A DNA stretch of 64,000 nucleotides from Octopus sinensis (taxonomy: Eukaryota): the NCBI RefSeq assembly GCF_006345805.1, contig NC_042998.1:131006001-131070000 (forward strand), given 5' to 3'. Under the pieces are notes generated by a model. It was not told the DNA's origin. It searched no databases and saw only the letters and a program-made list of their open reading frames with translations. Positions within the stretch are counted from its first letter, which is position 1. Each line of letters starts with the position of its first letter. A program made the translations under genes and the position numbers. Below, one piece after another: positions 51,835 through 64,000 of this stretch.

Positions 51835-53149
51835 GGTCTTTTTCTATTAGAATTGTTGTTCCTTTTGGTGATATTTCGTAGATAATATATTTGAGATTTT
51901 ATTTCTTTGCGCTGTAGTCTTGCAAGAGGTTATGTGTGTGGACACTGCATGAAACACACTAGCTCACATAAATACGCACGTACTCACTCACACACAACTA
52001 TTATTAATCCGTTTTGAGTAATAAGTGTAGAAGTTACGGCTCCTTAGTCTCGTCTGGATAATAGAATAGCATATTTTGTATCATTTTGTACAGATATATC
52101 AAGTGAGGCCGTGTTAATACATATAGATACACAAATACACTCACGCACACACACACACACACACACATACACACGCAGGTATGCGCACACACATCTACTC
52201 GATGTTTAGATAGACAGATAGATAGATGTAGACAGATATAGATATAGATATGTTTAGAAATATCTTGGGTAATCTTCAACAATCTACATGAAGTTGTGTT
52301 ATATCTTACACACATGTCAGAGCGACACACAGTTACCACATTTTTACCTCCAAGTATACTATCTACCGTAACTGTTACAAACCAAACTGTTACTGCCTCT
52401 GTATATATCAGTTCATCCGACCACACCCACATCGAAACAACCCTACACACAGCTACATACCATACAACGCCCCCACATCCTACACTCTACGGCCCTTCAT
52501 GTCAGCCAGCTACGTAGATTTACGCCAAGTGTTTTTTTTTTTTTTACCAACTATTCCTGTCTGAATAATAGCTTTACTTCTGTCCTAACAGAAAAAGCAA
52601 GAGAGGTGACCAAATCTCTCCTTTCATGCATGTCCTCTCGACATCCTACGCACAACAAAATCTCAAATCTCAAGTCCCACAGTTGTTTCATTTACAGCTG
52701 TGATGAAGCTGTTCAGCCAGAATGCAAGTCTTTCAACCAGAGAAATCCATCCCAATGAACTGAGTAGTATTTTCCCAAAAATGCAACACCAAACCAGTAT
52801 CCATCTGCGAAAGCTAACTTCGTTGGATGGGAGAATCAAGCAGAATTCCATCCTGTCAATCCTCCTACAAAAACACCACTTTCCAAACTAGCCAATTTTT
52901 GTGAATTCTTGCCAAAAGGATATTTCTCAATTTAGCAGAAAACTCTTTCTCCCTATTTGTAAACATCTAAGATCCTGTGAACAGCAAGCATCCTTGCAAT
53001 GAAAACCTCTGACTTTACTGACCGCTTTGCAGCCAACTGCACACAATTGGGATATCAGAAATTCACTCGCCTTCTACTCCCGGGTCCATATCACGTATAG
53101 ACACAACACATGTGCGATGTGCGAAAGTACCTCCGGTCTATTCAAACGA

Positions 53150-54310
53150 AGAGGGACACTAGCTCTGGCGATGTTCGTTCTGTTAACCTTGTGACTGCCA
53201 TCAACATAAGGGCTGTTGCTGTGGTCCGCTATAGTGCTCCTGTTCTGAAATAGACACGAGATGAGATTAACCAAATCGATTGCATCACCTGAAAGACAAT
53301 GACAAAGCATGGTGGCCTGCAGCCGAAGGCGAATGCACACAGGCCCTAAATGAATAGGTGTAAGGTAGACGTGAGCTGATTGGCGAGCAGGAGTGCATCA
53401 ACAGTGAAAGAAGAAACATAGCAGAGTATTTGGTAAGCAGCAAACAAGACCTGTACAGTATGTTGCTAATGCAGAAGGATTTACCAACAATGCTAATGAA
53501 TTTCGATCACGAATAGCCAACGAGATCAGGAAGCATCATGGCGGTCACGCATCAAAGGTGACATTAAAAAGAAAGCCTAATCATCTATGCCCAGGATCAG
53601 GCATTGAAGATCAACTCAGTGAAAAAGGATATATACCGTCCAAGGACAATGAACCTCTGCAGAATGTGTGGGAAGAGAGTCGAAAGCGTGACTCACATTG
53701 TTAGTGCTTGTGAAAGACTTGTGCAGAAAAAGTACAAGCGTGGATACGACAAGGTAGCCCAAAATTTTCAATGTCTACCATGCGGAAGTATGGATACAAG
53801 GTAACGGATGTTTGGTGCCTACATACACCGGGAAATGTAATGAGCGAAAAGAGGAAGGCAAAGATTCTCTGGCACTTTAACTTCCAGACAGATAAGGCGT
53901 TAGAGCACCGAAGGCTGGATATAATAACCTTTAGAAGGGACAAACAAGAGTGCCTAATAATCTACGTGGCAGTGCCAGGAGATAAGTATATCATCATGAA
54001 AGGAAGAGAAAAGATTGAGACCTGAAAACTGAGATTGCCAAGACGTGGCAACTACGAGAGTCAGATATAAAGTATTTCCCTGTTGTCATCGGAGTATTGA
54101 GTTCAAAACAACCCCACTCGAAGAAACATCTGGAAACTTTAGACATACACTATAATCTAGGTGTATTGCAAAAATAGTTGCAACTGCAAGCATATTGCAT
54201 AAATTACTGTCAGTTTGAGGGCCTTGTTGTGACTTGACAGAGAGTACAAACCCCTGGCAGACACAATCGACAACATCATAATATTAAATATTGTGTGACG
54301 TCTTAAATAA
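53150..54310 (+). mobile_element. 5'-truncated, decayed R4/Dong-like non-LTR retrotransposon with RLE endonuclease
   Basis: NLVTAINIRAVAVVRYSAPVL (post-RT), CRMCGKRVESVTHIVSAC (CCHC knuckle), KILWHFNFQTDKALEHRRLDIITF...CLIIYVAVP (degenerate PD..D restriction-like nuclease). Many stops and frameshifts. Confidence 0.8.
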
Positions 54311-54619
54311 TTATAATAACCACTGTCTTTAATAAAGAAGAAACATCTTACCTATTACTTAGACGCATTACCTCTGAAAAGAGAAAAGTTATGGTTGACT
54401 TATTGTATTAAGACCTTGGGCTAAACAACAACAGCAAAAAAAAGAACAATACCAAGTGCAAGCGACAACTGTAACAACAACACCAAGTATTATGATTCTA
54501 CCAATAACAGCATTATTACATAAATAAACGAGGCTGCAAACAGCCAATTTGTTCATATATGAATAAAAATTGAAAACTGTGACCTTCTAGCAAGATATCA
54601 ATCTTATTCTTTAAGCAAT

Positions 54620-56256
54620 TTGCTGCTTTGTACAGCGGCACCTGCTCTGTTGTTTGGGTAAATGGTCACTTGTCGGAGCCATTCAGCATCTTGCGTTCAG
54701 TCTGTCATGGGTACTCTCTCTCCTCCCTTCTGTATGTAGTGACTCTTGAGCCATTACTGCCTAAGTTGGAGGCTTTGAGCGGCGTCCTGCGTGATCTACG
54801 ATATGGAAAAAGTGTCTGCTTACGTTGAAGATGTCACCAACATAGTGTCGAGCCACAGGCATATAGACCTGGTTGGCGACATACTACAAGAACATGAAGC
54901 GGTGAGAAGAGCAAACTTAACCTCAGAAAATTCAGTGGGCTTGCAACTCGGCACCTGGAGACACAACTCCATACCGTCCAACAGCGTCGTGGGGCACTGG
55001 TCAGACGGTCCATTAAGTTGCTCGGACTCTGGTTTGGTCCGGACTTCCAGGCGAGATGACGAGCATGGTAGCCAATCTCAACCAGAAATGAGCTGAGAAG
55101 AAGCTGTCCCTGAAAGGTCGAGCGGAGGTGGCGAATGTGTACATCGCATCCGTCATCTATTACCACTTGACTGTCGTCCCTTGCCCTGTTTGCTGGTTGA
55201 CCAAGCTGGTGCGCTTACTCTTCCGCTTTCTGTGGAAGGGGTGCATTCCTCTGGTCAGGCGTTCCATCTGCTGTCAACAGCCGCTGAATGGAGTGCTGGG
55301 CATGTCGTGGTTACTGATGTGCAGACATGCGCTGATGTTGCGGCATGTCCAGCGTTTCTTTGAGGGTCACCGTTTGTAAAAGACACTTTTCTACTGCCCG
55401 TCTCTTTGACTAAGCTGCAATCCTGGATTTGCGTAGACCGAGGTGAGGCGCTTGGCACCCCGAGTGCCGTCAAACGCTCACAGCCGTCCACCTGGCGGGC
55501 AATGCGGACGGTGGTAGTTCCACTCTAGCGTTCTATAGAGGACTAGTGGAGGGTAAGTGCGGCGATGTTCTCGGGGAAACTGTGGGTGTCGATCAACTAA
55601 CCGGTCTGTTTCGGAGAACTTTCGGGCCTTGGCCTATGGATGACTTCCAGAAATCCCTTGCCTGGCAGAACTACCGAGGGGCGCTGCCTTCTCGGAATTA
55701 ACTTTACAAGCACGGAAGTGCCGTCAGCCTGGCCTACCCGAGGTGCGCCCACAAACCGTTGAAACCGTTATGCACGCCCTAGTCCAGTGCCCGAGAATTG
55801 CTGACCTGTGGATTTATATCGAACACCTGCTGTGGCGTGTAGGACGGATCCGGCTATCAGCTGAATCCATTGTGAAGATTTCCCTACCGCCCTCTTTTGG
55901 TCGGGAGAGGCAGGCAAGTTCTACTTATCTAGTGGCTGTAGCGAAAGAGGTAGTATGATAGACCCATTTGAAAGGGCTAAAGACAGACACTTTTCTCTTT
56001 GGCCAAGCCCTCATCAACTGTAAAAAGGAGGAGGGCTCGTGCTCTGTTGATCAGGCACCCGTGGCTTTTCTGGGGTTTTCCACGAGGACCTTCAAGCGCC
56101 TCCCCTATTGGGAGTTTTAATTTGTTTTATTCTAGTTGTTATTTATATTATTTACACGCTGTAAAACCTATTGCATCATCCTGCTTTTGTCTTTTATGTT
56201 GTTGTATGTCATTTAATGTTTTTGCATGTGAGCCATTGTGGCTAATAAAAGAATTG
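54620..56256 (+). mobile_element. 5'-truncated, decayed Tx1/L1-group LINE
   Basis: VNGHLSEPFSILRSVCHGYSLSSLLYVVTLEPLL (RT QGCPLSP region), SAYVEDV (YADD-like), LFRFLWKG, ETVMHALVQCPRIADLW (C-terminal CCHC). AATAAA at 56244-56249 precedes an (ATT)n tract to about 56378. Confidence 0.8.
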
Positions 56257-56275
56257 ATTATTATCATTATTATTA

Positions 56276-56309
<34 letters not shown>

Positions 56310-56639
56310 CATTATTATTATTACTATTATTATTTTTTTATTTTTTTTTATTTTTATCATCATCATTATTATTATTATCGTCTATTTGTGCATGTGCGTA
56401 TGTATGTGTGTGTGTATGCATGCGCGCATGCACGTATTGTGTATTCATGCATGTGTTTGTGTGCAGTTATCACTGTGATATCCAGCTATTGGCGTATCTG
56501 GGTTAACGGATTTGCACTCCAGGTGAAACCGATTGTCAAGCATATGGCATTTTGGTAATCGTACCGGTAGTGGTGGCTAATGGTAAGGGTGAGTAGAAGT
56601 GAAGGTTAGACTTGTGATAATGATAGCAGCACCAGGACA

Positions 56640-56920
56640 TTAAATTACTGGTGGTGGTGATGGTGATGGTAGTGATGGTGGCGGCGGCGGTGGTGGTGAT
56701 TGTCCTTGTGATGGTGTCGTCTGCGGCTTCGGTAGTAGTGTTAGCGGTGGTTTATGAGATGGTCGGTGATGATTGTTACAGCAGCGTTGGTTGTAGCGGG
56801 TTAAAAGTCCGCCATGGTTACATTCGCTGTGGCGGTATGAAGATGGGGCATTCGAGTATAGGTGATGGTTGTAACACATGGCGATAATAATGATGATGAT
56901 GATGCTGGTTGTGGTACTGG
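56640..56920. repeat. Decayed (GGT)/(GAT) triplet tract
   Basis: Triplet-phased GGT/GAT repeats; V-rich and P/T-rich pseudo-ORFs. Confidence 0.75.
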
Positions 56921-57524
56921 CCATAGTTACAGTTTTATACAGCGAAAAAGATCGCCATATCAGTGATCCAGTTGTAACATGCACTTATCTTCCCATTTAC
57001 CTTGTTTTGTGTAAAGCCTCAAATTTTTCTGAATAAAACTATAGCATGTACATGAGCAGTACTTCTTTGTGGATTTTATATAAGCGTGAGCTACTAATTG
57101 AAGCTGAATTATTTTCTAGACTTATTAACAATTCCTATTTAACATGCACCTTCTTCAACGTAACATACGTCACTTTGAAAGATCCTTGTATTCTTTTTAT
57201 TGTTGTACTCAGATCAGAATTGATCGAACGTGTCTATGATAAAAGAAGTGAGTGATGCGTAGTATTTATATAAGTACTATTGAAAGAGATTAGAGTGAAA
57301 CCTCTTCTTTTGAATATGATTTCGAAGTTTCTGTAGATGGAGATACTGCAAGTCAAGTGTAAGATGCTTTCGCAGTATGTAGATTACCTCACTTGTGCAG
57401 AAATTCAAAGGAATGAATTATGGAGACTGATGCACAGAATGACAGTAACATGGTACTTAATGAAACTGTCTGGAAATCATAATCGAGCTTTAGAACGCAC
57501 TAGATTTATATTGTGATACTACAG

Positions 57525-57740
57525 TTTACTGTCAAGAATGTTATAAGGAAAACTGCCACTGAGAAGAACTGCTGCTGAGAAAACCGCCGACGTAAGATGT
57601 GAAAGACGGCTGCATCGCAAAAGTGGAAAACTTATTCCGAACGTTCTCGGCCAAACACGTTAAATACTTTGCTGGTATCAAGGACGCTAACATTGGTTTC
57701 ATCTAATTTCTCGAGAGCAAGACATTGGTATGTCATGCAG
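57525..57740 (+). other. Candidate non-coding or 5'-UTR exon
   Basis: Unique, CpG-richer island between TACTACAG| and a consensus CAG|GTGAGT donor. All three frames contain stops. Confidence 0.3.
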
Positions 57741-58005
57741 GTGAGTAAAAGATTTCTGGTAAATCTAGCAATATGGCTATTTTAAATGGAAATTAGAGAG
57801 CTGGTACTACTGGAACTGTTGTTTTGCTAAAAGAAAGCATTTGTAATATTGATGATTTAGGAGAGAATTACTTGAGACAATCTCCAGAAAAGTTGAGAAG
57901 CTAGGAGTGTGGGTAGTTAATGGAATCAAAGAGGCTGTCAGTCTTGTGAATGCGATAATTTGTAGGGAATTTCCATAGACTCTGAGCAATCTAAGGGAAC
58001 AGAGA

Positions 58006-58043
<38 letters not shown>

Positions 58044-59529
58044 AAGAGTGAGAGAGTGCGTGATAGAAAAAGAGAAAGAGATTAAAAAATTATTCGAGGA
58101 CAGAATCCCAGTCCCGAAGCATAATTTAAGCTAAAGAAAGGTTCAACAAAGATTTTTTTTCAAGAATCAAGCCATGGCAAATTTGGAATAGGCATTTAAT
58201 TAAACACAAATGCGAGACAGAGGGGTCGGAAAACGATTATTATAAAAATATCATTTGTGATATTACTGATCGTATTATGCCTGATTCTGACAGTATTCAG
58301 GGGTTAAATTTTGGTGTGTCACTAGCATTAGCTCTCCAGGTAGTAGCAAATCTACGATCAAAGTGACCCAGCCTTTACCATTCCTTCTTTCTTCAGAATA
58401 AAATGCATGTAGAACACTATTAACTAACATACCTTTAATTTTTTTTAAACGTTATTATTTTGTTTGCAACAGGTTTTAATTCTACTTTTAGAATCTAAAA
58501 CCCTTCCTGTAATTTCATTAAAAATGACCAAAGTTTTCATTACCTAAGACAAATGTGGATGGTCTAGTTGGTTGGTTGATTAGTTGGCTGGCTCCCGGTT
58601 TTCAAGGTAGAAAGAACATTAGAGTAAATATATATGGCTGCATAGATGGACAGGCATACAGGCTGGTATGTATGGTAACCTTTAAGCAGTGTGCATAATT
58701 TAGTCACACTATTCTCAATGCGAAGCGTCAGTGCGCATATTTTCTGGACACACAAACAAAAATCATGTATCCACGTATTTTAGTAAAAGTAACTATTAAC
58801 GAAGACGGGACACTTTCAGATAAGTAAATCTATTCTTAATAAGAGTAATTGGCTCTCGTGAGATACTTTGTTAAACTATTTGTTTAACGAAGCACGATCG
58901 TTTCATAAATTGTATTTAAATACAGCATATCACAAACATTTTCCACGCTTGTCCAATTAAACACTCGATACTTTTCGTTTGAGACGCAGGATTTTAGGAA
59001 AATACCATAAAAATCTGTATTGATAGAATACAACTGCCACAAGTATTTCACAGATCAAACAGATGTAGTGAAATTATCAATGTAGCTTGCTTTACGTTTG
59101 ATAACACATCGAGAAACCTCAAATGAATTGCAAAATATGAATCCTTGATGTTCATGGTCTGTCAAAGGCAGGAAATGTTTGTTTCGGAAGAAATAACGTA
59201 GACTTTCCTATTTGACCTGGAATTCCTGCACAGTGACATGATTTTCATCATAAAAAGCAAAATGTTCTTCTTTCTATTCGTCATGAAAACCGTTAAAGTT
59301 GTTTGCTTTGGGAACCACAAATTATAAACAGAAAGCGGGTCGATGCGTCTGGCAATCTGTACCAATCACAAATACGGTATTAAAGTTTCACATAGAAAAA
59401 GCAAGAACACATGTGTGGGTGGGGGGAAGGGTTCTCGCATATGTATGTATGCATGTATGTATATATATATGAATGTATATATGTATGTATGTATGTATGT
59501 GTGTGTACATGTATGTATGTATGCAGACT

Positions 59530-59977
59530 TGTCTACGCGCATAGGTATACCATGGTCGTTTTACATGCAACGAGGGTCGATTCATGTGAAAAAGAAAGTG
59601 AACAAAATAATATGACCATTTGCTTATCGGGAAATTTGTAAGTTCGATTTAAGTATCACCACTCCGGTGAAATTAAGAAATCAAGTCGTATATAGACGAA
59701 ACCCTCGACTCCGTCACTGTACACGCACACACACACATACATACACGCTCACACACACACTCACACACACAAAGTTGCATATCTATGTATTTATGTATGT
59801 ATGTATATATGTATGTATGCATATATGTATGTACGTACGTACGTACACACACGTGTCTACGCGCATAGATACACCATGATCTATACACATGCAAAAGAAT
59901 GTCGACTCATAAGAAAAAGAAAGTGAACAAAATAATATGACCACTTGCTTGCCGGGAAATTTCTATGTTCATTTAAA
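59530..59977 (+). repeat. Diverged ~120-bp direct duplication, period 324 bp
   Basis: tgtctacgcgcatag...gaaaaagaaagtgaacaaaataatatgacca(t/c)ttgctt..cgggaaattt begins at 59530 and 59854, each preceded by (TATG)n. Confidence 0.85.
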
Positions 59978-62208
59978 ATTTCATCTCTTTTTTTTTTATC
60001 ATAATCAAACCAAATGTTCGTCATTTCGAGCCACTCACCCAATGAGTAATTCTGTGAAATGCAGTGAAAAACCGTTCTGCCGTGTTCCAGTAACTTAGCA
60101 AACACACAGACAAAGACGAGTGATTACAATACCCTGCTTTTGCTTACGCGCGCAGGGTAATAATAATAACAACAATAATATCAATTGATGATATAAACCC
60201 AAAATAAGTAACATATTTCTGAATAAGTAATGTGCTCCACACATCGAAATGTAAACAAAACTGCCACACTTTAATTGAAATCTGAATAAACAGTTTAAAA
60301 CTACGCTTCAATGTAATACCAGTAGAGCTTATTTTAAGACCAGAATGCCATTGGATTTAAAAAGTAATGCTATCACCTTCAACTAAATAGCAACGTAAGG
60401 CGCTTGTTTGAATCAGTTCACTTTGAAAACGTCGTGAGTGATGGACCCTTGATGAAATTGCAGCGACTAGGATGCATAATTGCATACAGAGCAATGTGCA
60501 GTCGCTTCCGTCCAAACATGTCAGTCTGTGTTATATGGGCTGTAGAAAAGTTTTTAATAATATAATTTTAGATGTGAATAAATCTCCACTCCTCTCACTG
60601 TTACCAGTTATATACATGTGTGAGTGTGTGTGTGTGTAATAAGAAAAGCAGCTAGTTAGAAGATCTCTATAAGAGATGAAAGCTGTAATTGTAATGAGAA
60701 GTAATGTTTATTGCCACTTACATAAATATGCTTATGTATACATATTACCTGGTATGTATTTAAGTGAACAAAGGTGAATTCATTTATATAACATGAAGTT
60801 GTTTTCAAATCTACTTGAAATTAATCCGATATACTTGAAACTACTAATTTACAAACGAATATGTCGATTATATCGAATTTTTTAGGAAAATATTACATAT
60901 ATGATCCTATTGCCACATGTTGTTATAGGTAAAACATACAATGTGATCTATAGGTAAGATTCCATGTGGGTGGTGGTAGTAGAGTAAATATGGTCAAAGT
61001 CCTGTTATTGGACGTAAATATACATGCGAGTTATAGGGTTATTGATGAGACATTACCAAATAGAAACATGACAGAACTGATATATTTGTTTGGGATAGAA
61101 AAGAATGCTCAAGTGCTATTATAATGTTCAGTTGTCCTGTATTCCAAAATCCAAAGGGAGAATATTTATGGACAATTGTTTCAAAACACGCCATTCCCTA
61201 ACCTGATTATTGATTTATAATTATTGTGATAAGTTTTTAAATTACAATCTCATGAAGAAAAGACATTCAGAAGAACGTATCCAGCTAGTAAGGTTCCTTT
61301 CAAATTATCTTTAAAAAAAGAATAGAAAAATATCTGAATATAAACATTTTGTTATACAAATTCAAGTGATTGGGCTTTCTTTATTTGAAACCATCTTCTT
61401 CAATGAGTGGTGAACATGAATATTAAAAATGAAGTATACGTACATGGGCATAAATGATATATAAATAGTTAAGCTTATAAAGATGTATAGATAGATGCTG
61501 ACTGATGGAACGAAAATCGAATGAGCGTCAGCTAATGAGAGAGAGAGAGAGAGGGAGAGAGAGAGAGAGAAAGAGAGAGAGAGCAGGAGCGAGTTAGATT
61601 GAGAAAAAGAAGAGAGAATTGGTTTTGAAGGAAAGAGAAAGTTACAATATTTCTCCGCTCAATTCATCTTAATACTGCTTTGATCAGCAAATATAATTAA
61701 GGCAATCCCCTATGTATCAAAGTGCAGTACTGAACATCAATGCCAATAATTGCAAGTCCTGCACTGGACATCAATGCCAATCTTTGCAAGTGCAGCACAA
61801 ATTGCAGCCGATATGCACTCAAAATGATCGCATCGTAGAGCAATATGTTACGAGCCATTACAGTGCAATTTCACCTGCAGACAAATGGCCGTATAGATAG
61901 GGTTAATCAATTGTGGAGATACGAGAAAATGCTGCTTTTGGCTGCAGTAATGGTTTTCTCTTTCTTTCTCTTTCCCTTTATCCTCACTCTTTCTCCCTCT
62001 CCCCCTCTCTCTCTTTCACTGTCTTTTTCTCTCGGTATGCAAAAATACATAAAATATACATATATAAATAGACACACGTATAATCTATGTGTGTGTTTAT
62101 GTGTGTGTGTGTGTGTGTGCGTGTGTGTTATGCGAACTTTACAAGTGCAAATGTATATGGAAATCAACAAAAGCAACTGACAGAGCAAAATATAGTAGAT
62201 GTTGATTG

Positions 62209-62239
<31 letters not shown>

Positions 62240-62331
62240 CACATACATGCATAAATATGCACACTCATACACTCACACACTCTTATATCTATGTATATAT
62301 ATGTATATACATACGTATAGATATGTATATA

Positions 62332-62439
<108 letters not shown>

Positions 62440-63269
62440 ATATATGTACGTATGTGTGTATAAGAGAGTTCCGAAAGAGACATATTGCATGGGAGCAGAT
62501 GATTATATGGAGTAGAGTTGAGAAAAATTTCTCAGGTTCAAAAACTATTCAGAGTAGGTGCAGCATTTCCCCCAACTAATATTTTTATAGTACTAGCAAT
62601 CTATTCTCTTCAGTTATGTTTCCATACTTGTAGGTCATCGGTTTAGCTTGTTCTGTTGCAATGGTCCCTCTCGTTGCGTAGTCCTCGTCCGGAAACTTAG
62701 CACTATACTCTACAAGTGAAGTAACACGTCAGTGCTGGTTTACTTCAGCAATTCAAAGCATAAGGATGTATGTATGTATGTATGTATGTATGTATGTATG
62801 TATGTATGTATGTATGTATGTATGTATGTGTGTACATATATACAGGGTTTGCTAAGAGTCGCCTGACAGTAAATCAGAATTCCATAAATATTAATTCTGT
62901 ATTGACTCGAATCGAAAAATGTATCGCTCAAGAAGGGCTTCAGCTTGAACAATTTTCATGATGTTTCATATTTAGATGCTTTTATTAAATCCATTCAGTT
63001 GTTAAACGTAAATAAGTCTTGGAATTGAATGGTTTTGGTTTACAGTCAGGTGACTGTTGACCAACCCTTAATGTACATATGTATGTATTTGTGTATTTAG
63101 GTGTGTGTGTATATATATATACACACACACGCATATACATATACATAAGTGTACACACATATATATACATAGACAAACACACACACCCACATACAAACAT
63201 ATATGCATGCACACATAAGTACATATATACACACCCGCACACGCACACACACACACACACACACACACG

Positions 63270-63314
<45 letters not shown>

Positions 63315-63881
63315 TATATACATATATGTATAAATATTTATCTTACTTCCAAGGAGAACGCTTATCGAATTTTCTGTGTCATTCGTCTCCTTGGTAAAAA
63401 AGAGAAAGAGTAGAGGCTAGACAAAGAAGTTTTCTATTAAATCGTATACCAGAACCATTACAAGACACTTATCAAATTTGGACCATCAATAGTATAGACA
63501 TAATAGAATAACATATGATAGTGCTTAAATCGAGTGAAGTGTCTCAAGTTTCACCTTATTTGTACTGTATTTCACAGAAGTGAGCAACAAATATTACCAA
63601 AGACGTAGAAATCTGAACGCTGCCCCCTCAGATAAATTCTCATGAACTTTAAGTTTGTTTAGGATTAACTTATCGCTTTCGTTAAATATGGCAGAGTGAA
63701 AGATAATATAATAATATAATACATATGTGTGTGTATGTGTTTGCGTGTGTGTGTGTGGATCTAATGAAATCCAGACACATTACCATATACATATGTATGT
63801 ATACAATATATAATATATATTATATATATATATATATATATATTTATACATGCATACACACATACACCACACATACATACA

Positions 63882-63941
<60 letters not shown>

Positions 63942-64000
63942 CATATATATATACATACATATATATATATATTATATATATATACATATATATATATATA

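Noticed and set aside
52028-52062. CAGACGA-GACU AAGG AGCC-GUAAC on the minus strand
   Set aside because: Three substitutions are needed to restore the core and stem; too degenerate.
60391-60433. 43-nt AG...GTGAGT candidate exon
   Set aside because: Poor polypyrimidine tract and no recognisable peptide; expected by chance in 64 kb.

Overview
Very AT-rich, microsatellite-saturated animal non-coding DNA (intergenic or a large intron). The mix of tRNA-derived SINEs and (TA)n/(CA)n/(CATA)n/(GATA)n/(AAT)n tracts resembles Octopus genomes; this is inference, not a database result. No intact host protein-coding gene could be supported. Almost all ORFs in the supplied track are microsatellite read-through or broken TE fragments. 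Recognisable content: a full-length D,D34D mariner with TIRs and TA target duplication (48030-49314) and a mariner deletion derivative; decayed non-LTR retrotransposons of three groups (L2/CR1-like 3' end, R4/Dong-like RLE element, Tx1/L1-like element); Penelope-like (PLE) remnants including a GIY-YIG domain; about 20 tRNA-SINE copies of several families; a complete non-autonomous Helitron plus a second Helitron-type end; and two foldback/MITE-like elements. The most interesting signal is a dispersed set of about 10 minimal type I hammerhead ribozyme motifs from at least 5 sequence families. One is fully canonical (4838-4902, minus strand). Others have variant cores (CCGAUGA, CCGACGA, CCGAAGA, CUGUAGA), palindromic stem III and a covarying stem II, and most sit in direct or inverted PLE-type terminal repeats. 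All structures and translations were read by eye.
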